64,000 nucleotides of DNA from Phallusia mammillata. Lineage: Eukaryota. The stretch covers positions 19,530,001 through 19,594,000 of the forward strand of contig OZ281497.1 of assembly GCA_965637545.1 (NCBI GenBank). The letters are read 5' to 3'. Below the pieces are notes generated by a model that saw only the letters and a list, made by a program, of their open reading frames with translations, did no database searches and was not told where the DNA came from. Below are positions 26,201 to 38,200 of the stretch, piece by piece. The translations under genes and the position numbers were made by a program. Positions within the stretch are counted from its first letter, which is position 1. Every line of letters starts with the position of its first letter.

Positions 26201-29200
26201 TAGGCTTTTATGCACAAGTGCATATTAGCATAGCACATAAAAAAGCGCTTGAGAAAATTCGCATGTATTGGCACCAATATGGCAATATGACGTAACGTCT
26301 GTTTGCTTCGCCAGGTAACATACTTCCAAGCAGCGCAGTGACGAGACTTTCCAGCGAGCTTGAAGCCACTTTGCAAACAGGGAAGCCACTGAGAAGCGAC
26401 CAAATCAACAGCGCGGCTAGACTGATGAAGCAGAGCGCCCGACTTGCCGCGGGCAGCTCGGAACAGCTCACCGCATCTCAAGTGCAACAGTTGACCGAGG
26501 TGAGTTGAGTGTGGAGAAAAATATCTTCTTAGGTGTCCAAACCCAGGCTTAGCGCATGAAAACAGTGACGTGATTGTTTCGACAAGCTCGTTATGATCTC
26601 ATCGTCGAGGACTCAAAATGATCTGAAGGCTCCGCTATTTGGCGTTACAGCGACAGTGCGTTTCCCCAGGTCTGCGCCGGTGACGATTAGCTTCTATATG
26701 CGCTTAATTGACTAATCTAGGTAGCGTGATAGCCGGAAACGGGAATTGAGTCAACTGAGAAACCCGAGCTGGACCAACACGGTGGCCAGCCCAATGGCAT
26801 GTACCTGGCCACAGGGCTGCGTTTGTGGGCACAAGCCATCATTAGGCATCAGTCGAATCGTTAATCCGCTTGCTGTCGAGTTTCGCTGCACCGTTTCGTC
26901 ATGCTCGCTTTGTTGTAAGTATGAGGTTGCTCGCAAAGTCTCTCATTCCGGCAGGTAAACAAGTCTCAGGCCGCCTTTGCTTTTGCCGAGGCCACGAGCA
27001 GAGTGTAACTGACGTGGGTCAATCGCACGTGCCCCTGTCGAGTTGATCGCACCAGAGCAAAGCAATCAAAGCAACCCTTCGTAACCTCGCCCACGATGCG
27101 TTAGTTGTGTACCTGGCAAATACTAGCCGGTCATCGCGCTGAAGTATTGAAAGAGCGCTTCTTTCAATATACCCATGCGATGTGTTTGTTTTGGTGAGCG
27201 TTCGCTATGGCACGGGGGCCAGAACGTACTCTGTAGTTCTCAGATCCCATCATGCGCATGCGCAGACCGCTTGCCAACCATAACAAAGATCGCAACAGTA
27301 GAATAAAATTAAGTAGAATTTGTTAAGTTGCGTGACGAGCGTGAGAGAAAATCGTTCCGTGACAAAGCCGGCCATGTCTAATGTTTGGTGCCACAATACG
27401 CACGGGTTCGTGATTTTTGGTTGCCTCAAGGCGCCACAAGAAAGTTTCCAGTGTTGTAGCTATTAACATTCTCGAGTTGTACTCTCTGGCCGCGTAATTT
27501 GGCAACGCAAAGACCAGGAAAATGCTGACCACAAACGTGAAACCATTTAACGCACAGTCAGACACCCCTGTAGTGGTTTTTTGCGCTTTTAAAACCATTA
27601 AAGTTGTGTAATCGAACATGCTATGGCTAAATTAGGACACACGGAATCAGTCAAACAAAGTTCATGACACTGATTATTTCATTATGACCACATCGACAAA
27701 TGCTCTTCTTCAGACGAAGTGGGAGACGTTCAATTGAGGACAGGTGTGATTGCGCAAACTCATTGTTGTCCTTTTCGGTCACTCACCCTCCCTGCCAATA
27801 TAGACGCAACGTCGAAGTGACGCATCGTTTACGAATTGACCTCCTCTGATTTCCACTCCCCCTTTTTTTCGCTAAGTTGCCAAAATAAACTTTCCCAAAC
27901 TTACTCCAAGCGCGTCTCCCCCGGAATGACGATTGCAAATGAGCGTGACGAAAGCACTGACGTCACACGCATTCCAGCGCGCCGAGAGCCTGATTTTTGC
28001 ATTCCTTGGAAAAACTGAAGATTAAAAGTAAAACCTTGCGCATGGAAACGCAAAGATGGCAACAAGCGATAAGAGCGCTTACTTGTTCATTATATTCCGG
28101 GTCAGCGTCTGGGTCAAAACACAGTTGGCTATAAGCTATGTGACTGGTGCAGGGTCGCATGCCTAAAACCCACCAACTGTTCACAGCCTTATTGGAAATT
28201 TACTCCCATGCCTGGTGCATAAACCCTGTACTATCTACCGGCTTATGGGGATAATCCGCAGCCCGTTGACTATCGCTTTACATAGAGCAATTACACCGTT
28301 CGGACTTAAACAGCACAGCACTGTGTCGTGAGATTGGCGGCCGTAGCGCTAGTTGCAGCATCACATAGGAATTATCGACATTCCGGAGTTACAAAACTCA
28401 CGGGACATTTCGATTTGACATTTTGCGCCCGCTGAATGAAATATTAATGAAAATTTTCCCGCTTTTTTGAATTTTCGGTGTTGGATCGCGAAGTTCGTTG
28501 TCGACGGTGAACAGGCTTGAAATTGATTTCGACTTGCGCTTGTTAAACGCACGAAGCTGATGCCTATCGCTTCTAATTAAACAGGGCATATCGAGATCGG
28601 CTGACTCACTCATTGCCGCCGAGAACAGACAATCGTGGAGGGATATGAGTGATGACCTGAAACAGGAAAATGCAAACGAAGTCTTACAAAGTGTGGAAAC
28701 TGCTGGGTTTCTTCTTTTGAGCCAAACTTCTGATGATGATTCCGCCACAGGTATTTCAGTGTGTACTTAAACTTTGTGATATATGGTTGAAATAAGCCCT
28801 GCTGAAATTGCTGGTGTCCTAAAAAACGAAGGTTTTTTAATCGAAACCAGACAGTCTTGTGTACAAAATTAGGCGTGATGTTTGTCGCATAAAAACTTTT
28901 CCGAAAATGTATTTTCACGTTGGTATATTCATCATCCGAAACAAATGCATCTAACTGTTTGATCGCTTCTCGACAACATTAGGAATTCCGGGGACTTTGA
29001 CAACATCGAATTTTCAACGCGATATTATTCAGTCTTAAGATTATTCAAACCTTTAACGTTTTAGCCTCCCGCACCTTGGAGCAGACCCACTTGTTGGTGC
29101 AAGCAACCGTTCAGAAATCCTCGCAGTTTGAAACAGTTACTTTTCCCGATCCACTCAACACAAACCAGCGCTCGAAATGGTCACGCATCACTGATCGTAT

Positions 29201-32200
29201 CGTCATGCCTTCTGACAACATGGCATCGTGGGCAAGTCAAGGTAAGAGTTTTTGAAAGAGGCCACCCCCTCTGTTTTTGACTGGATGTGAATGTGAGGTA
29301 GACACACTGCGTAGGACGAACGTTCATGTGACAACATATCATGCTTGCATTACGCTAAAAGACATCAAGGAGCGGTATTGTAACACAACGGTGTGCTCCG
29401 TACCGCGTTATGCTTGCTTTAAGTCAAATAGTCTAAAATTGACTGTTACGGTACATTATCTTGGGGTGCGGATCATCATTATGTGATCATGTTATCCAAC
29501 GTCAAAGCAGTAGGATTTGTAGAAAAAAGTACCATGTTTTATGGATGTTATGTTTTAACTGTAGTTGTATGTTAATGCATACTTTCATCCTTACAGGAAT
29601 CAGCAAGGTGGTATTTAGTGCCTACAACAACCTCGCCGACTTCGCCGACGCTCGGGCGACAGGCGACGATGTTTTGGGGCAATGGAAGGTTGATTCAAGG
29701 ATGTTGTCGGCGTCACTCGGCCGCCCAAACAATCGCGTTCAACTCAAATCCAAGGTTCGGGTCGTGTTCGAAAACAAGCAGGTCAGTAGCTCTATTCGTG
29801 GATTAACATCTTAAGTTACAGCCCAATATGCTGTTGTTTTTACAAACACGCTACTTGGCAACGGTTACCATTTCGTTTGGCCACAGTGCTGGATGAATAA
29901 TTAATGCGCCAACGACTTGGTCGGTCATATGTCGTAATTATGCGATCTGTCTATCGGCACTGCCCTCCGAGGCCCGTAACTAATGAAGCCGACGTGCGAG
30001 CTCCCGTTGCCGATTTCGTTTACGCACGATTGCACCGATTTACAAGCCCGCCGCGCTGCTAGCCTTTCCCCCTTTATAGCATCCAGTTTCTAGTTACCTT
30101 CAAAATACAGCTGATTCTCATTTTGAGTGCCGCAGTTGTCGTCTAAGCCCGAGTCTTGTTGCCAGTAGCTGACTTCACAAGCCAACAAATCATAGATCAT
30201 CCATTGAGCTCGGTCAAGAGCACGTAGCCTCTTTGACCTGTAACAATCCCCTTTTGCTCCCCTCTGGGCCCCCTTTGTTGCCTAAAGAGGTGCTAGCTTT
30301 TGCAATAACATAGCCTGTCCAGGCCGATTAGTGTGTCAGCGCAAGTCGAGAAATAACTTTGTGGTTTAGTTTAGAAGCATTTAGATTAGGTCAAGCATTG
30401 TAGTCTGCACTCACCCTGTATTCTTCAAAGACTATACTGTTATCGTTTCTTAAGTCATGTACTCATTGACATTTACATATTTGTAGTAACAGTTACATAA
30501 TTTGACCCGACCGATTTGTAAGTCATCTTCTTCGGCCTGACTTCGGTAATCCAGATGGGATTGTGCGCATTTTTTGTTGGTTTAGTCTGGGACATGTTCA
30601 CGTTTCGGAAATCCAAACACGCTGCACCCCCTTGGAGTCACCTAATCCCGGCTAAAATTAATCGAATGCCGCCGTTGGCTCTCTGGGACTGCGCTCTGTC
30701 AAAACACCCAGTGTTCAACCCACCACAAGCCAGTAGAGTTAATTGATGAGGGAGCTGGTGATTAGCTGACCAGCTGAGTGGATACTTGGCTCGCACCATC
30801 GGTCTGACCTTTCGACTTTTCTGTTGTGGGCATCGAAAACGTTCCTTGATAGAGTTTGGGACTAAACATGGCTCGTTTTGTTCGCCGTCTCTCAGCGCTC
30901 GCAAAATGAAAGCGACTTTCCATCGCTTTGCAATTGCCCGCCAAAATGTTTTCTTAACCTCCGACCCCTCGTAGCGCATGACCGACGTTGGCGCGTTTCG
31001 CTTTGGTTCCAGTCGAATTTAAAAATCCTCATCATTCACCGTCGAGACTCATGAATTTCTCATGAACAGCAACTTTTATTGTCTCGTATCGATTTTACAT
31101 CCATCTCCGCCATAAAATATGATGTCGTATAAATCTTAGCTGAAAGTCGCCTTCAATTTCAATAGATTTATATTTTGTGCTGAACTTGTCAGAGATTGCC
31201 TGGGGGAGAAACAAATTAGGCCATAACGTCGTTCTAACCTTAATCCTTTGTTTTCGACAGATTGGAAATGCCCCAAGGAAATGTGTTTACTGGTCGTATT
31301 CCAACAGGTAATGCCTTAACGTATAAGTTGTTGTTTGCATTGTTTGCATTTCAAGGAGCTATTTTTGTTGTTCAATTGTTCAAATTGTATATAATTAGAC
31401 TCGCACAAAAGTATACAGAACCGCGCCTTTTAACTTTCGCTTTGCATTATTCAACAATTTTCATTTCAGTGAACATAAGGGGATGTGGAAGAGTGACGGA
31501 TGCACTATGACGTCATCCAACGCGACGCACAGCGAGTGTGCTTGTGATCACCTGACCAACTTTGCAGTTCTCGTGAACGTAGCTGGGATCGCACCTTATT
31601 CTGAGCACACGCTCGCCCTTGAAATCATCACCAGTGTGGGGATTTGCATCTCACTCGTCTGTCTGGCGATTTGCATCTACACCTTCACTTTTTTCCGGTA
31701 AGAAGTCTTTTACTTGGCATAAATTGCGTTCCCGGTGGATGTTTAGCCCTTGGTTTATTTTCTTTGTAAGATACGGGTAGTTTTGATGTCTTGAAAGTGA
31801 GTCATCTTCTGCGAAAGTGCAACCTTTAACTTGTCCCAGCTGCTGCCAATCGTCACCAGCCTTAGTGAACCTTCCGCAGGTTCTATGTTTAGGTTTCGGT
31901 GTCTTTCATGAGGAAATACCGCGCTTCAAATGCTACACTTCCGCCGGCGTTTTACATTTGCGCGTCAAACCCCCTGTGGTCGCCATGACGACATGATACC
32001 CCCGAGCGAAACGGATATCGCTCGGTAGATCAAATACCGACCCGCGAAATGCGACTAATGTTTACGTGTCGGAAAGTCGAAGCGGAACCTAAACAATCCG
32101 TTTTTACGGAGAAAGGATTCATGGTCACCAGGCGCCATGCTTTGGTTGTTTACAGCGTTTATAAGAAGCCACAGCTGCCATGTTATTGGCGGTCATCATC

Positions 32201-35200
32201 GCGCTAGCCATCGCTAGGCATTTTAACGTAAACATGTCAACCGACGGCCGACGCTCGTTTACTCTGCTTTATGACGCATTCATGGCGCGCTTCTGGTAAT
32301 TAAATTGTCACTTCAAATGGACTCTAAGCGATGGTTCCCCAGTGGCGCCGCGAACATCGCTCCGGGGTCGCCGCGCCTGCTCTAAACGAGTCAAAGAAAA
32401 ATAAACGCAAACACAATTTTTATAATCGTTATACCCGACTGTGGGGCGGTCGGCGCCGAACTTTTGAAGTAATTTGTGCAGATACACGTGCGATGTCCCA
32501 ATACGGACGCCGATGTAGCAAGGGAACGTGACAAATAAAAGTGTATGCTTGGTTTCGCTCAACCGAGCCTCTATCTTATAAATTTAGTGTCAGGTTACGA
32601 CGTCACCCAAATGACAATCCGCCACGCGACCCGCTCTAATTATATTTGTTTCATAGCGGCCTAAAAATATACCCTTTACATGTGCAACGAGGTGTGATGA
32701 TAAAAATTAATCTCCATTCGCTGTAAATAGGTTGCGTTCTTCTATAAAATGCCTGAAATAATCTGTAATTTGGATGGGTAGCTTTGTTGCCCAATGACAC
32801 ATCTTAATCCTAGTGATCTCGTAAGTTTTTGCATCAACACGTCTCAAACCATCTCCCAAACTCGATACTTCATGTTTGAGCCAAACGGCACCCGACCATA
32901 GCGGGCGCGGCTAGGCCTTTGCTTTGATATTTGCCTGTTTTCCTTGTTCGCAATCTAAAGCCCCTGAAAACCAACAAACCACCGAGGCCCCCAGCACCCA
33001 AATAACCGACAATTACTTGCACAGGAACCTACAGGGAGATCGGAACACGATCCACAAACACCTGTGTCTGAGTCTGTTCGTTGCTGAGCTGGTTTTCCTG
33101 GTGGGAATTAAGCAAACCGATCACCCAATCCCATGTGCAATTGTGGCTGGCATTCTTCACTACACCTTTCTTGCCTCATTTATGTGGATGGCGCTAGAGG
33201 GATTTCAGCTTTACGTAATGCTGGTTGAAGTATTTGAAGGTCGATCAAGATGGAAGTGGTACTACTTGACTGGATATGGTAAGTTTAATCACTTTAAAGT
33301 AAAAACAACAGCTGCAGACTAATGTACTATAAACTTACTTGAAAAGAGTTTCGTAGGAACTTTAGATGATTGAAATTTTAGATGGTGAAACAATGCCAGA
33401 TGTTGTTTACCAGATTTGCCTAATTAGATTATGCTGCTAACGCTTTCATTATGCTGGTAAAGTTGTCAGTTGGCCCTTTCAGGTGAAACGCCAACGTTAA
33501 AGCAATTCAATAGGTCGATAATGATATTTGGCCATGACACACAAACACAGACTTGACGGTCGCCTTTCGGTGTACCAAAATACTCAGCTGTCATTTTGTC
33601 CGATGAAAATCAGCGCTTTGGATCAATTTCTGCCCCTTCGAGATCAATGCCTGGCGCTTATCATGGTAACGGATCGCGCCGACAGTGCTAGCCTTTTCGA
33701 GCCAATGCCATCCGTTCGCTCCCGTGAGACCCTTCGTCCATCCGCAAACGCACACGCTTATCCTGCTAATGGCGAGTGCAAATCTGCCGCGCATCAGAGG
33801 CAGGGGAATCAATTTTGTAGTATCTCGTCGCAACGTTTTCGAAAACAAAAACCCCCGAGTGCTACGTGTGCCATGTACTGCTGTCGTGTTACTGGATTTA
33901 AGGGTCAACTCTGTCTTAATGTAAATTCTTACGCATCCATAAATCATCCTCCCTACGTAGAGTTGACAAACAAAATTCCCCCTATACTGTTTTAATCCAA
34001 TCCATAGAGGAAGTGGGTGTTACTTGGATAATGTTATGACTGTGTCGATATAAATCCGGGTTACTTCACGCAATCCTGAAAATTTCCCGTTGGAGTCTTT
34101 GTACCCTTTAGGCAGAATAGATTAACTTTAAACTGTTTTTATTATTGCAGGAATCCCTGCGGTGATCGTGTGTGTTTCGGCGGTTGTCGATAGTTCAGGA
34201 TATGGTAGTGACACTGCATGTTGGCTGAAAGTTGACTCAGGATTTATATGGAGCTTCGTCGGACCGGTGTGCGCGGTCATCCTCTGCAATCTTATCTTTC
34301 TCGCCATAACTGTATTCAAAATGTACCGACACACTCTCACATACACCGATTCGTCCAAAGTCAACGCAATCAAGTAAGTACACAGCTGACATAAAAACAC
34401 ACAAAAACTCACGGTATTTCATGCTTTTAAATGAATTTAGTCGAAAATGCTGTAGCCCTTAGACAATATCGCTTTAAACACTTTTATTTGACACAAGATA
34501 CACCAAAAGCCCCGGATGCTAAAATAGCCTTCCTGTAACTCAACACCACCAGGAACAGATGCCTAATAGGTGAAGGCGCTTACAGGAATCTCCTAATTTG
34601 CCTGAGTTACTCTTTGACCCCAAAGCGAAGTGCTCAATTATACTGTGTCCGGCGCTTATACGCTATCCCCACATAAAGTACAAAACGTAACCTTCAACTA
34701 TTCCCACAAGTGTACGCACTGAATTGAACACTTCCTTCCATGTGTTAGGGCTTCAGTGCGTGGTGCATCTGTGCTTCTGTGTTTGCTCGGAATCACTTGG
34801 GCTTTTGGAATACTCTGGGTGTGGGAGCAGGCACCTGTCATGGCTTACCTCTTTTGCATCTTTAACGCCTTCCAGGGACTCTGTATCTTTGTCTTCCATT
34901 GTCTGCTGCAAAAAAAGGTCAGTGGTTTTACTTTAATATTATTTTGCATTTGATAGGATTTTGTAATGGATTCCAGCTTGTAATCGTATTGATACTGGTG
35001 GCAATGTCATTTTCTGTTCCATTTTCGTCGCGTTATTTCTAGATTTGACATTAGCGAGAGCACTTACAGTTCCGTTGTAAATTATTGAAAGGTTTGCGGT
35101 TCAGTCGTTCGCATCTATTATTGATGTCTGAGACCGTCAACTTGCAGACGTAAAATCACCGCTTTTGTAGCGTTTCCCAAAACAAACATCAATTCGCATG

Positions 35201-38200
35201 TAAGACAAGTTCAGTTCCCTAAAACTAACACTGTTCCTTTCTGCACATAATTGCCCTACTCTCCTGTGGAGCCAACATACATTGAAACCACAACGGAAAT
35301 CTCAACACTTTTGCGATTTGTGGGTTACGTCATGCTCGTGTCAGGTTACATCATGTTGCGCTGACCCCAGCAGCAAACGTCCTTAACCACATCCGCGAAA
35401 AGGGCCTTAGTGTTAAGTAGTGAAGGTCAAAATAAGTTTGTAACTCCTGTGAGACTCTGGACCCAGAAATTACCGGCTTGTTAAACCCGCACAGCTGAAT
35501 ACAACTTGGTGTATCTCACAACCAACCTATATATCATTCATGAAAGCGTTGCGCCAACGCCAGAACGTAGCAACGGTTTTTGTTCTCCAGCTTCTCTCCC
35601 GAATGATGACAGTGTTTACTGACCGACTCTAAGGTTTCCTCTGAACGAGGCGTTTGGTGCCGACTTTACTGCGTTGTAAATAATAGTGGTTCCGAGTTGC
35701 TTGGGCGCATCGCGGCCCGTTATCAGAAAACCATGAAGACAAACAAACGCTTGGCGCATTAAGCAATTCGATACAGACCGAAGAACATCGTTTGCGCTCT
35801 TTTGCGCATTTTCAACTTCCTGTTCGCGTCGTTCGCTGAAAGGTGCGATGGCGGCCGCTGACGGTTGACTTGCAGCGCGAAGTACGTTCCCATGACCCTC
35901 GACAGGGCACGGTGATACGAAGCTCGGGCGAGATAGCGTGAAGTGTTTTCATCTCCTTCAGTTGGCTTTAACCATAACACACTCGCTGCGTCAATTGAGA
36001 AATCATACTTGGGGTTCACCCCGGGAAATGGCCGACACCCGAGTCGCAGTTCTGCTTTGAATTACCCAAACTCATGCCAAGTTCTTGTTTCAGGTGCGAA
36101 CTGAGTACAGCAGGTGCTTTGGCCGATCGGCGTGCTGTCGCAAGCGCGGACAGGATTCCTATGTAAGCAACAGCATGTCGTTTTCGAAGCAGTACACTCC
36201 CGGTCGCTATACGGCGCCCAACACCACCACACACAGCACCACTCTCACGACGCAAACTGCCAGCGTAAGTAATGAATGTGAAGCCTGTTGTGGATCAGCG
36301 CGGAGGTAAACGCCGCGCACTAATACTCGCTTAATCTGTGGCTTGAAGCTAATTTATTGCGTTGCTGCTGCTGGTGAATCAAGCTTGCCAATGAGCAACA
36401 TAGCCAGGCGGTGCAACCGCTCGGCGGCCATAAATCTAAATAATCAGCTTAGCTTGTGCGTCAGTGGAAATGCTCACGGCGGTGCATTTTCTTCTCAGCA
36501 GTCGCAACTGAGGCGAATGTGGAACGAGACTGTGGTGAATGGACCGCGAACCTCGGACTCAGCCATCAATCACTCCCAGGACCTAAACACAATGCCAAAC
36601 AGAGGTAAGGCGTCGACATGAGCTTTCATCTGCCGCGAACCATGTTTGACAGCTAAATGCGCGTTGCCCAAGCTCGTTTCAACATAATACGTATTTATAT
36701 GAATGCTTGGTAACAGCACATAATGCACCAGCGTGTAATTCCATTGAGTTGCTGCCTGACATATATAGCACGTGGTTCACCCACCGAAAGCCGCTTGCAC
36801 TAATCGATTTAATCGGAGGAACTTTGTACAGAGTTTGATACGAATTCCGCCACGCTGCAGCGCCGTGACGACTAAACGCCGGCACTCTGCACCGGTTGTA
36901 ATCTCGCTATAGTAAGTCTTCACATGCCCTCATAGCTCATCCATCCATGCTTAGCTATAGCACCCATTCGAGAAGTATTGGGGCGAAAGCTACACAGTGA
37001 CATTAATCATTCAAACAAACCCACCAGTTTTGATGCCAGCAATGTCACGCGCTACTTCAATGCATCTTTTAGCAACTAATATCACATCACCAATCAAACC
37101 CATCTACGATATTACTCTTAAGGGTCGCTTCGCTTACTAACCAACCCACACATGCGCTGCGCTACCTTGCGGAGCCGCGGATTCGACACAACGTCGTCAT
37201 CCATCATATTTTTCTATCCAAATAACGATTCTCCGCCCCAGCTGCCGATTGGCATAAGCCGTAGCGACACTCTTATGGCAGGTCAGGGTGCGTGTGAGTG
37301 CCTTCCTGTGTCGTAGTAGTGTCGTGTGTAACGCAACACGTTAGTCAGGTTGTTGCTACTAACGACGCCCCTAACCTGTTTGCATGATCTTATCAAACCT
37401 TGCTTGACCGAATCCATTTTTTGGAATGACATGCTTGTCGTATTCATGTGCAATATATTGGATTCATGTCAGCTATTGTTGTTTTATTTTCGCATAAAGT
37501 TTTTTCTTTTATGCGTGGTATGTAATTTGATGTAAGTTATTTTAAATTTGTTGCATTGGTAGTAATTCTTTTCGTTTTTTAGACCAAGTCCGAACCGGTA
37601 CCAGAGGACAACGTCACAGCGCCACTCAACAGTTCCCATCATCATCATCGCCCCAGTTGCGACGATCCAGCGTTGAACGGCTTCTCCACGACGTGACACA
37701 ACAAAATAACATACCCATAAACGAGCACGTTGAAACCGCCATTCAACACGAAGACGAGGTTTTTCTTCCCGCAAAATCCGCCGCTGGACCGCGAGATGTC
37801 GCCCAAGAGCTTGTTGGCGAAGACGCGTACGAGTATGATCGCTTGCAGCGCCATTGTCACCTGCCAGACTGTCACCGAGATTGCCATCAGCACTACCACT
37901 CATCCGACAACGAGTGCTCACATAGACATCATACCAGTCACTATCCACGTCACAACCCGACACCCGGCAATCCTCCGCGACCGCATCCCCGCTCTATGAC
38001 TATGAACCCGGTAAAGCCAGCGCATCAGTTCAGTGAAAATGAAGACCCGACAAGACCTCGAAGGCAACAGTTCACCCGTGCCAGCACCCTTGCCCAGCAA
38101 CCAGGACGCCAATGGGATGGAAGGCGGCCATCTTCACCATCAAGACGCTTCTCACAGCCTGTGCATTTGGATAATGCTTGTCCCCACCATCCACCACAGG

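Noticed and set aside
26311-26320. CAG|GTAACA as a recursive splice site skipping exon 11
   Set aside because: Skipping would frameshift the GAIN domain, the flanking introns are short, and the motif is explained by Gly-Asn codons.
32329-32640. Possible decayed MITE in a latrophilin intron
   Set aside because: Only vague GGGGTCGC-type motifs, with no demonstrable TIR pair or TSD.
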